This document shows, piece after piece, positions 41,824 through 49,684 of a stretch of 54,773 nucleotides of DNA. Made by a program: the position numbers and the translations under genes. Location: positions 1 through 54,773 of the forward strand of contig JAGVOD010000112.1 in NCBI GenBank assembly GCA_020052935.1, read 5' to 3'. Within the stretch, counting starts at the first letter, position 1. Each line of letters begins with the position of its first letter. Origin of the DNA: an archaeon. GTDB lineage: Archaea; Nanobdellota; Nanobdellia; Woesearchaeales; UBA11576. The notes under the pieces are model-generated. The model searched no databases, was not told the origin of the DNA, and saw nothing but the letters and a program-made list of their open reading frames with translations.

Positions 41824-42157
41824 TCTCACCAAACTTATAAATTTTTCCCAACAAGTATGATGCCGCGCCGAAACGCTTTATGCGTTCCCTGATTCCGCGA
41901 ATCTTGTCCTGCTGGTCTTTCTTTCCGGAAGTGCCCACGAAAAGCACCATGACCTTGGCTTCTAGTATGACAAAGTAAGCGCGGTAGCCACAGTTCTTCA
42001 GTTCCCTGAAAAAGCGGCTTCCTAATGTTTTTCCGACGGCAAACGGGTTCTCCTCTACTCTTTTGAACTGTTTCCTGAACCTTGCCCGCATCTCTTTCGG
42101 CAGCTTGCTGAACTCTTTCTTGAAGTCGGCAGTCTCTACAATCAAAAACTTTTTCAT
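41813..42157 (-). CDS. RelE/ParE-family toxin-like protein
   Basis: FKKEFSKLPKEMRARFRKQFKRVEENPF..GYRAYFVILEAKVMVLFVGTSGKKDQ fits the RelE/StbE fold pattern. No upstream antitoxin ORF is present. Confidence 0.7.
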   Translation of the reverse strand: MKKFLIVETADFKKEFSKLPKEMRARFRKQFKRVEENPFAVGKTLGSRFFRELKNCGYRAYFVILEAKVMVLFVGTSGKKDQQDKIRGIRERIKRFGAASYLLGKIYKFGENDD

Positions 42158-42271
42158 GTAACAGTATGATGTTTCTTGGTAAATTAAAATCTCCTGAGAA
42201 AAACCCGGAACGCTTGCGATGGAACCAGAAAGTCATACAAAATTTCCGGAAGATTTTCGAGTTCAGGATGT

Positions 42272-42294
42272 TTTTTCGCAAGACTTGCGAAAAA
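42272..42294. promoter_or_regulatory. perfect 23-bp palindrome TTTTTCGCAAG-A-CTTGCGAAAAA
   Basis: It lies between the histone stop (42357) and the RelE-like start (42157), flanked by two TCCGGAAGATTT sites. It could be a terminator hairpin or an operator. Confidence 0.4.
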
Positions 42295-42356
42295 TCCGGA
42301 AGATTTACCGGAGAAGTTACGGATAAATCAAAACAACAGAATAGAGAAATAAAAAA

Positions 42357-42572
42357 TTATTTCGCAGCGAGCTTGATGTCCTCGTCCTGCACTGTCTTCC
42401 TGCCAGCGTGCTTCGATATTCTCGCGGCCTGAGTGCCGATGTCTTCTGCGATCTCCTTCAGCACATCAGAGAATGCTACTTTAGCTTCCTCGCTCACGCG
42501 CTGTGCGCCGGCATTCTTCAGTATTCGCTCTGCAATAGCAAGCGGAATCACATGTTCTCTTGTCTTAGACAT
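42357..42572 (-). CDS. archaeal histone (HMf-like), 71 aa, second paralog
   Basis: IPLAIAERILKNAGAQRVSEEAKVAFSDVLKEIAEDIGTQAARISKHAGRKTVQDEDIKLA. Confidence 0.9.
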   Translation of the reverse strand: MSKTREHVIPLAIAERILKNAGAQRVSEEAKVAFSDVLKEIAEDIGTQAARISKHAGRKTVQDEDIKLAAK

Positions 42573-42837
42573 TTTATCAACCTCCAGTCAATATGAATAT
42601 CGCCTTTTGGCAGGTTCGAGTATTTAATATTTGCGGTTTTTTAGGGCTGAATCGCACTAAGAAGGCGATTTGGCTTGGGAGAAGGGGTTTTAGGGCGATT
42701 CTTGCATTGGATAGGACTATTAGTGCGATTTTGGTCGGGCGGAGGATTTTGTATTTTTCGATGTGCTTAGCAATCCTTCGGAAGTTTTACGAGAAATAAG
42801 AAAAAATACGAAAAGATTTCGATGAAAGCGGAAATAA

Positions 42838-44019
42838 TCAGTTGTTGCTGATATATTCCGCTTGAGAAGGACTTATCACTGTGCAGCTCGTGTAAACATC
42901 GCTGACTGTGGTCCCGTTGTTATAATGCTCGTGTGCTGCACGCTCATCAGCTGTCAGTGCATTGATTGCTCCGTCTATGCATGCAGGATCCAGGTCAACA
43001 ATATACTCCGGATCAGCGCTAGAAGCTGGCTTGCGAGAATCATCAAACAAACCATGACCGCACGCAGTTGCGACCGCATCCACTGAAATTTCAGGAAGTA
43101 ACAACGGTACATTACTGCCTTCCGCGCAAGTAAGAACCAAGGTTGAACGATGAGTGTCCACAGGAACTGTAAACTCGTAAGCAGGACCGGTAACTCCGCC
43201 AGCAGTACATGTAACGCTGTAAGTATGAAGTCCGACATCACTTGCCTCAAGCAATCTGGTGGTAATTATCCCGCCATCGTTAAATATTCTAGCACCCTCT
43301 GGTCCGCCAGTCAAGGAAAAAGAGTCGGCAGGGTCTGAACAAGTACAGTTTATGCCTAGACTATTGCCAATATTAGCACTCCAAACATCATCACAATTTG
43401 CTGTCGGACCAGTCACACCCGCATCAAAAACATAATCCGCACTTCCGTCAACACTGTGTTCTGTGCCTTCGGAATCTGTGCCTGTCACTGTGACTCTAGC
43501 CTCAATGCCCGCACCGTCAGGGACACCTGTCAGATCAACCGTTGTTGAAGTGTAAGAATCAAAAGGAACACCAGTCTGAGCGTCAGTGCCGAGCACAACG
43601 TCATCAGAAGCGTTACCAGGAGTTGCGTTATCACTCACAACCTCATAAGAGACATCCAAGCCACCAGCAGCAGCCGCAGCGCAATCAGCATCAGCAGCAC
43701 ACGCAGCAGGAACAGCAGGAGTCTGCAAACCAACCTCAAGATCCGAACCAGTAACAGTCGAACCATCAGCAGGACTCATATTATCAGAAACACTATAACC
43801 AGAAGGTATAGGATTAATGGGATCATTAGGATTAGGACCTGGGCCGCATGCAGCAACACCTAAACCAAGCAAAAGCGCACCATAAACAGCAACACGCTTC
43901 CACAAAGAAGGCCTTGTAACAGGCGCCTTAGCAACCTTAACCTCAAGAGAATCATAAACAGGCACAGGTGTCATAGAGACATGTGCAGGAAGATTTGCGG
44001 TATCAATCGTGTATTCCAT
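42838..44019 (-). CDS. secreted or lipid-anchored surface protein (393 aa), unknown function
   Basis: TM/signal LWKRVAVYGALLLGLGVAAC (lipobox-like), then a Pro/Asn linker and Thr/Asp/Gly-rich beta-type sequence with paired Cys. Confidence 0.6.
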   Translation of the reverse strand: MEYTIDTANLPAHVSMTPVPVYDSLEVKVAKAPVTRPSLWKRVAVYGALLLGLGVAACGPGPNPNDPINPIPSGYSVSDNMSPADGSTVTGSDLEVGLQTPAVPAACAADADCAAAAAGGLDVSYEVVSDNATPGNASDDVVLGTDAQTGVPFDSYTSTTVDLTGVPDGAGIEARVTVTGTDSEGTEHSVDGSADYVFDAGVTGPTANCDDVWSANIGNSLGINCTCSDPADSFSLTGGPEGARIFNDGGIITTRLLEASDVGLHTYSVTCTAGGVTGPAYEFTVPVDTHRSTLVLTCAEGSNVPLLLPEISVDAVATACGHGLFDDSRKPASSADPEYIVDLDPACIDGAINALTADERAAHEHYNNGTTVSDVYTSCTVISPSQAEYISNN

Positions 44020-44149
44020 CTTTGAGTGTCACCTTCAAAAAAGCTTCAGCCTAAACAGGCAGATAAATGACTCATATATAAACCTTTCATTTGTAGTTAC
44101 TTTGAAGTGGTCGTAATTGGTATTGTTTTCAAATATGGTATGCTAACAA

Positions 44150-44236
44150 GCTCTGTCTGGAGACATCCCTCCCGCAGCATATCCATCCAGCGTAAAACGC
44201 TTGCAAAATCAGGCGTGCCCACTTCCCGGACAGAGC
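44150..44236. repeat. short inverted-repeat element, possibly a decayed relative of the 36227-36389 MITE
   Basis: GCTCTGTC (44150-44157) / GACAGAGC (44229-44236), the same core as the TIR GGCTCTGTCC. Internal hairpin AGCG-TAAAA-CGCT. Confidence 0.4.
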
Positions 44237-44282
44237 CTAGCCAAGAATAATATTTAAATAGCGAAATGCCTAATGCCCTATC

Positions 44283-45398
44283 ATGGAACACAGGATCGAG
44301 GCAATCGATTACCTAAGAGGACTTGCCATACTTCTTGTCATAATAATACACATAATCGCAATACAGGACATAACATCCACAGACTACACCAACTCCGAGC
44401 TGCTGTTCAACCTCAGGAACCTATTCCAGTTCTGCGTCATCACGCTGGTCGTATGCTCGGGATTCTCACTCTACATAGCCAACAAAGACCTGAAGCTGAG
44501 GCCAAAAGAACTGCTCGTGTTCTACAACAAGAGGCTGAAGAGGCTGCTCCTTCCGTACTGGCTCTTCCTGCTGTTCTTCATCGCAGTGCACTACCTGCTA
44601 AGACTTGCGACTGGTGTGCAGCTTGAGAACATATCCCTGAAGTACCTCACAGAGTCCATCCTTTTCATCGGCGGGATAAGCGGGTTGAGGTTCCTGATAG
44701 CTGCGATGGTCATGCTGACATTGCTGTTCCCGTTCCTCAAGGCGCTGTACGACAGGTTCAACAAACTTACGCTTTTCACGGTGCTGACGCTGGCCTACAT
44801 CGCGACCGTAGCAGTCTTCAGATACCTCCCCATCGACATCTGGACAGCAGAGTGGCAGTCACTAGGAGTCATCCAGGTCATAAATTTCTCGCTCTGCTTT
44901 GTGCTGGGATGGAGCATCGCATACATGCTCGGGTTCATGATAGAAAAGTACTACAAAGACCTATCGTCCATAAAAAGGGAGATACAGCTCACTGCGCTGT
45001 TCATAGTGCTCTTCGTCGCAGCGAGGATAGCATTAGACCTGCTCCACACCAGCAACGGGATGGTGCTCAACAAGTACCCTCCCTCACCATACTACCTGTC
45101 TTATGGCATCATGATGACATTCGCCCTTCTGACGTTGTTCTTCAGGTACAAGCACTTCATGCACAAGATCACGAAACACTTCTTTGATTTCTTCAGCACC
45201 AACTCCTACTGGCTGTTCCTGTACAGCGCCCTGACGATAAGCATAATATCGCCGATAGTCCGGGAGACAAGGATAGGCAACATCTACATCCGCTTCTTTG
45301 TCGACGTCGTGCTGAACCTCGTGGGCGTAGTGCTGCTGGTATTGCTGCAGAAGAAACTGATCAAGGCAGAGATGAGCTTCGAGAAGCATCACTTCTGA
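44283..45398 (+). CDS. acyltransferase family 3 (OafA/YrhL-like) membrane protein
   Basis: IEAIDYLRGLAILLVIIIHI start and about 10 TM helices. Confidence 0.75.
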   Translation: MEHRIEAIDYLRGLAILLVIIIHIIAIQDITSTDYTNSELLFNLRNLFQFCVITLVVCSGFSLYIANKDLKLRPKELLVFYNKRLKRLLLPYWLFLLFFIAVHYLLRLATGVQLENISLKYLTESILFIGGISGLRFLIAAMVMLTLLFPFLKALYDRFNKLTLFTVLTLAYIATVAVFRYLPIDIWTAEWQSLGVIQVINFSLCFVLGWSIAYMLGFMIEKYYKDLSSIKREIQLTALFIVLFVAARIALDLLHTSNGMVLNKYPPSPYYLSYGIMMTFALLTLFFRYKHFMHKITKHFFDFFSTNSYWLFLYSALTISIISPIVRETRIGNIYIRFFVDVVLNLVGVVLLVLLQKKLIKAEMSFEKHHF

Positions 45399-45408
45399 GG
45401 ATGAGATA

Positions 45409-45636
45409 ATGGAACTGAAACCAGGAAAATACCAACACTTCAAGGGAAAGATGTATGAAGTGGTTGGCGTCGCGCGGCACAGCGAGACAATGGAAGAGCT
45501 CGTCGTCTATCGCGCACTGTACGACTCGCCAGAATTCGGCAAGAACGCTATGTGGGTGAGGCCGAAGAAGATGTTCCTCGAAGAAGTGGAGCATCAGGGG
45601 AAGAAGGTGAAGAGGTTCAGGTATGTTGACAAATAA
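45409..45636 (+). CDS. DUF1653 domain protein
   Basis: GKYQHFKGKMYEVVGVARHSETMEELVVYRALY..MWVRPKKMF is the DUF1653 pattern. Confidence 0.8.
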   Translation: MELKPGKYQHFKGKMYEVVGVARHSETMEELVVYRALYDSPEFGKNAMWVRPKKMFLEEVEHQGKKVKRFRYVDK

Positions 45637-45639
45637 GAA

Positions 45640-46317
45640 TCATCTTTTCTTGACTTCCTTGACGACCTGTTCAATTATCATATCAAAACTTTCCTTTCCT
45701 AACTTCTTCCGCGCCTTGTGAGGATCACTTGTCAGAATACCTTTGTATGGATTAGGCAATCTAGACATAGATACTAATCTTTTATTCACCTGCATCAGCA
45801 GGCTCGTCTCCATCTTGCCAGCGTGGTCCATGCCACAAGGAAAGCCCTTGCCATGAAAAACAAGGATTTTCATCCCTCTCACACCTACCTTTGCCAGTTT
45901 TGTTATCACTCTTATCTGGGCGGAACCTGCATGAGCAGAGACAATGACCAGTTTCCTAAAGCCCTGCAATGCGATGTTCTGCGCTATCGAATTCACCAGA
46001 TGGTAAAACTGCTTTTCTTTCAGGAAATAAATACTGCCTGGCAGGACCTTGCCTGCGCGGGCATCCATGCCATGAAACACCTTTTTCCCGATTCTGTGCT
46101 CCCTGTCAGTCCCGAAGTACAGGGAAGGAATGACGCAACCACCAGTCTTCTTGCAAGACGCCAAGCAGAGAGCGTAAGACTCGAACGCATCAGTGCCGAA
46201 AGGCAGGTGCTTCTCGTGCCACTCCAATGTGCCGAGCGGAAGATATACTATGCCTGATGATTTGATAACAGTCTTTAGCTCGTCAGGATGAAGCTCCTCA
46301 AATTTCATTGATGTCAT
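45640..46317 (-). CDS. creatininase-family amidohydrolase
   Basis: VYLPLGTLEWHEKHLPFGTDAFESYAL and a later SAHAGSAQ block typical of the creatininase/ArfB-like fold. Confidence 0.75.
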   Translation of the reverse strand: MTSMKFEELHPDELKTVIKSSGIVYLPLGTLEWHEKHLPFGTDAFESYALCLASCKKTGGCVIPSLYFGTDREHRIGKKVFHGMDARAGKVLPGSIYFLKEKQFYHLVNSIAQNIALQGFRKLVIVSAHAGSAQIRVITKLAKVGVRGMKILVFHGKGFPCGMDHAGKMETSLLMQVNKRLVSMSRLPNPYKGILTSDPHKARKKLGKESFDMIIEQVVKEVKKR

Positions 46318-46478
46318 GCAGCATTCAACACTGTCGAAATATAAAAAGGTTTGCAGAAAATGATACTTAGAGGTAGCTCATCAGGTGCTGGAATGCATCA
46401 GCCCGTTACGGCGAGCTGGCGGCCAAGGTGCGGCGTTCGCCTGCTACGCAGGCTCAACCACACGAACTCAGCAACTGC

Positions 46479-46859
46479 TTACAGATAAGTCATCAGGTGC
46501 TGGAACGCATTCACGAGTCCGTCCCATCTAACCGCAGCTATTCCAAGCAAGTTGAGCGCGAATACCAGCGCAGCGAGCGCTACTCCCTCAAGCAGCCAGG
46601 TGAGAAAAGCGCGTATTATCCCTATCCTGAACGCGAACATGTACATTGCCATGAGTGCGATTGCAACAACAAGCGGTCCGATGACTCCGAACACCATTGA
46701 CAGGAGCAATGTCACAACCACCGCAGCGACTTTTATCAGCAGAGCACGCATGAGCGTCACCCTGCCGCCCAGCAGCTTGACTATTATATAGAGCGGAAAT
46801 ATGCCAAGAATGAAGATAAGAGCGATAAGCCAGAGCAATCCAGTAGCATCCATAGTCAT
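46479..46859 (-). CDS. small polytopic membrane protein, paralog A (126 aa)
   Basis: Collinear similarity to the adjacent 113-aa protein (LPLYIIVKLLGGRVTL.. vs LPLYLAVRVLGGEATF..). Confidence 0.6.
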   Translation of the reverse strand: MTMDATGLLWLIALIFILGIFPLYIIVKLLGGRVTLMRALLIKVAAVVVTLLLSMVFGVIGPLVVAIALMAMYMFAFRIGIIRAFLTWLLEGVALAALVFALNLLGIAAVRWDGLVNAFQHLMTYL

Positions 46860-46918
46860 ACCCCTAAGAAAAGCAGCATCTGATATTATTTAAACGTTTG
46901 CCTGCAGAATCCTCGTAA

Positions 46919-47260
46919 TCACGCAAGGCCGCCTATAGCAACTATACCGAGATAGCTCACAAGGAACAAAAGCACACCCATGAACACCGCTTCCAGCACC
47001 CAGGCGATTATCGACCTGATGAAGCTGAGCTCGAATATGAGCTTGTAGACAAAGAGCATGAGCACCCCCGCTATCAGCGCGCCTATTAGGTTCAGGAACA
47101 CTGTCAGGATCGCAGCAACCACCGCGCCCACTATCTTGACTATTATCACCTTCAGGAATGTCGCCTCCCCGCCAAGAACGCGCACTGCCAGGTATAGCGG
47201 AAGCGTCCCTATGAGAAAGATTGCGATGATGATGAGCAGGAGCACAAGAGCTATTCCCAT
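46919..47260 (-). CDS. small polytopic membrane protein, paralog B (113 aa)
   Basis: Tandem paralog of 46479-46859. Confidence 0.6.
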   Translation of the reverse strand: MGIALVLLLIIIAIFLIGTLPLYLAVRVLGGEATFLKVIIVKIVGAVVAAILTVFLNLIGALIAGVLMLFVYKLIFELSFIRSIIAWVLEAVFMGVLLFLVSYLGIVAIGGLA

Positions 47261-47285
47261 GATGTGCCACTAAACACTGTCTGTT

Positions 47286-48947
47286 TTAATACTTTTCGAA
47301 TATCCTGTTCAGCTCCCTTGCGTTGATCACTTTGCTGAGGTCATGCTTCTTCTTCGAGATGAAGAATGGGAACTGTATATCGCCGCCTATGCCGCCATGC
47401 GCCCCGACATGGTCTGTGAAAGACACAGCCACGCCATCAGCATAGTTGCCGAACAGCACAAGGTCGCCGACAAACTTCAACCTGTTGAAATCGCGGAGTT
47501 GTTCGACAAGCACAGATTCTTCCCCATACGCCTTAAGGAAGTGCTTGCCCTGCTTTATGATATCCTTTTCTTTGATGATGAGCTTCCCGCCCTTGCCGAA
47601 CAGGATGATAGCGTCTTTTTCCTTGGCCATCACTATTCCTATCCCCCTGTTCCTCACCAGCTTGTCCACAAGGCCCGGATGCCTCTTCTCTATCGGGGAG
47701 AAGTCTATCCTATCCTGCGAAAAGTTGAAGTAAACATTTGCCAACGAGCATGAGTCAGACACGAATATCTGCTCCTTGTCCTTCCAGACGAACTCGTGCT
47801 GATTAGGCTTAAACGCGCGCAGCATGCCCTTCACAAACAACCTGCCAGCCCACCTCAGCGGCGCAGAGACATAGTCGAGGAATGCAAGGGATTTCTTCAT
47901 CGCGATGCTGATAAGGGAAAGCCTTCCTTCGAATGTGCTGGAAAGCCCGAAACTAGGCACTTTGGCACAGCGCTCTATGAACTCAGAAAGCTTCATGCTG
48001 TTCAACACCCTGAAAGGCACACAATCCACCTGGCCATGGTCTGAGATTATGTAGATGTCATAATCATCTCCCGCGCTGTTCACTATCCTCTGTATCCTCC
48101 TGTCCAAAGCACGCACCATCAGGTATGCAGAGACAGAATTCGGCCCGCGGAAATGCGCGATGTCATCGTAATTTATGTAGTTCGTGTAGATGCGTGGCAC
48201 TCCCCTCTTGATGTCAATCACCGAGCCTAATGTTATGATCTCCGCGAGGACAGAATTCATCAGCAGCCTCCTGAACGGGATCCAGAACCTGAATATCCCC
48301 TTCTTCCTACTGAACAGCTTCATGAAAGGATAGCCCAGGACGCTGAATAACTCTATCACCAGCTCAGCGAGGGAATAATACAGAACACGAGAAGCAGAGA
48401 ACGGGTCCAATAGCAGGAAAAGCCAGAGTGTGCTCTCTTTTATCCTCCTGAAATGCTTGTCCTTGGTCATCGTGCTCATCGTGAATATGGAATGCGAAGC
48501 GCTGCCTGAGAAATGGTTCGAGTAAGAAGCGCCGTCATGCAGTATCCCTCTCTTCCCTGCGAAGAACCTCTTCTCCATGTACTTGACGTCATTAGGATTG
48601 CCGAAACTCAACTGCCTCTTGCCTCTCTTATCGACAAAACGGAAACCGGGCAGCATAGAATTGTCCCCATACATTATGCCTGCCTGGACAGCAGGCGTGC
48701 TGGTCGGGATGCCGCAGTTATAACGCTGAAGATGATAGCCTTCTTTCTCTATCAGACGGTTGATGAACTTGCACGAGCCGCCCTGCAGGAACCTCTCCAG
48801 TATTGAATGCGGCAATGAGTCTATCTGTATGATGATGAACTTCCTCTTCGCAGGGCGAGCTTTGCTGAGATCGAGCCTCTTGATTACCGACTCGTACTTC
48901 CTGTCAGAAAGAGTCTTGTGCCCCCCTTTTCCAGATGCCATGTTCAC
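47286..48947 (-). CDS. alkaline-phosphatase-superfamily protein (phosphodiesterase/nucleotide pyrophosphatase-like)
   Basis: FIIIQIDSLPHSIL, GIPTSTPAVQAGIMYG, YIISDHGQ and HVGAHGG blocks. The start (GTG 48947 or ATG 48941) is coupled to the upstream GTPase stop. Confidence 0.6.
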   Translation of the reverse strand: MNMASGKGGHKTLSDRKYESVIKRLDLSKARPAKRKFIIIQIDSLPHSILERFLQGGSCKFINRLIEKEGYHLQRYNCGIPTSTPAVQAGIMYGDNSMLPGFRFVDKRGKRQLSFGNPNDVKYMEKRFFAGKRGILHDGASYSNHFSGSASHSIFTMSTMTKDKHFRRIKESTLWLFLLLDPFSASRVLYYSLAELVIELFSVLGYPFMKLFSRKKGIFRFWIPFRRLLMNSVLAEIITLGSVIDIKRGVPRIYTNYINYDDIAHFRGPNSVSAYLMVRALDRRIQRIVNSAGDDYDIYIISDHGQVDCVPFRVLNSMKLSEFIERCAKVPSFGLSSTFEGRLSLISIAMKKSLAFLDYVSAPLRWAGRLFVKGMLRAFKPNQHEFVWKDKEQIFVSDSCSLANVYFNFSQDRIDFSPIEKRHPGLVDKLVRNRGIGIVMAKEKDAIILFGKGGKLIIKEKDIIKQGKHFLKAYGEESVLVEQLRDFNRLKFVGDLVLFGNYADGVAVSFTDHVGAHGGIGGDIQFPFFISKKKHDLSKVINARELNRIFEKY

Positions 48948-49675
48948 TTACGGATCTTCCCCTCCTGCCAATCTTTCAGCACCCTCCTCGCTGCCGCATA
49001 AGTGTCTGGCAGGCCCCCCTTCTTAAGGTAGTGCATCTTCAGGGCGATGCTGTCCAAAACATTCTCTGCATCATCATGCTTGACACCATAATACCCCTCT
49101 ATCACTTCAGGGAACTGCCCGATGATCTCTATCGCAGCCAGCTCGGGGTCCTTGATGTTGGAAAATGTCTTTGCAGAAGTGATGGCATGCTTCACCTCAT
49201 CCTTCTCCTGGTACGGGAAGACGCCGGGAGTGTCTAGGAGGTACATCCTCTGGTTGATCTTGATGAGCTGGATCCCGTGGGTGTGACCTGAGATTGAGGA
49301 GGTAGAGGCTGAAGCTCTGCCTTTCAGAGCATTTATGACAGAGGACTTGCCGGTGTTCGGGTATCCTAAGACTCCTACCTTGAATCCCTCTTTAGGCGCG
49401 TGCTTCATTATCTCAGAACGCAGGAAACTAGTACCGAGATGGTCCTTGGCGGACATGAACACACAAGGCGTGAGAAGCTTCTTAGCCTTGTCCATCTTCT
49501 CCTTGTCGACCAGGTCGCACTTATTGATGACATAGATGAGTGTCTTGCCTGTACGCCTTACCTTGTCCTCTATCTCGATGTTCCTTGTTTCATCTATCGT
49601 CCTTGCGTCCAGCACTTCAAGAAGTATGTTCGCTTCCTTAATCACATCATTGACGAGTCTCCAATAGTTGCTCAT
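48944..49675 (-). CDS. circularly permuted YlqF/RbgA-type ribosome-biogenesis GTPase
   Basis: G4 NKCDL precedes G1 GYPNTGKSSVIN and G3 DTPG. Confidence 0.8.
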   Translation of the reverse strand: MSNYWRLVNDVIKEANILLEVLDARTIDETRNIEIEDKVRRTGKTLIYVINKCDLVDKEKMDKAKKLLTPCVFMSAKDHLGTSFLRSEIMKHAPKEGFKVGVLGYPNTGKSSVINALKGRASASTSSISGHTHGIQLIKINQRMYLLDTPGVFPYQEKDEVKHAITSAKTFSNIKDPELAAIEIIGQFPEVIEGYYGVKHDDAENVLDSIALKMHYLKKGGLPDTYAAARRVLKDWQEGKIRK

Positions 49676-49684
49676 GAGTATGCC

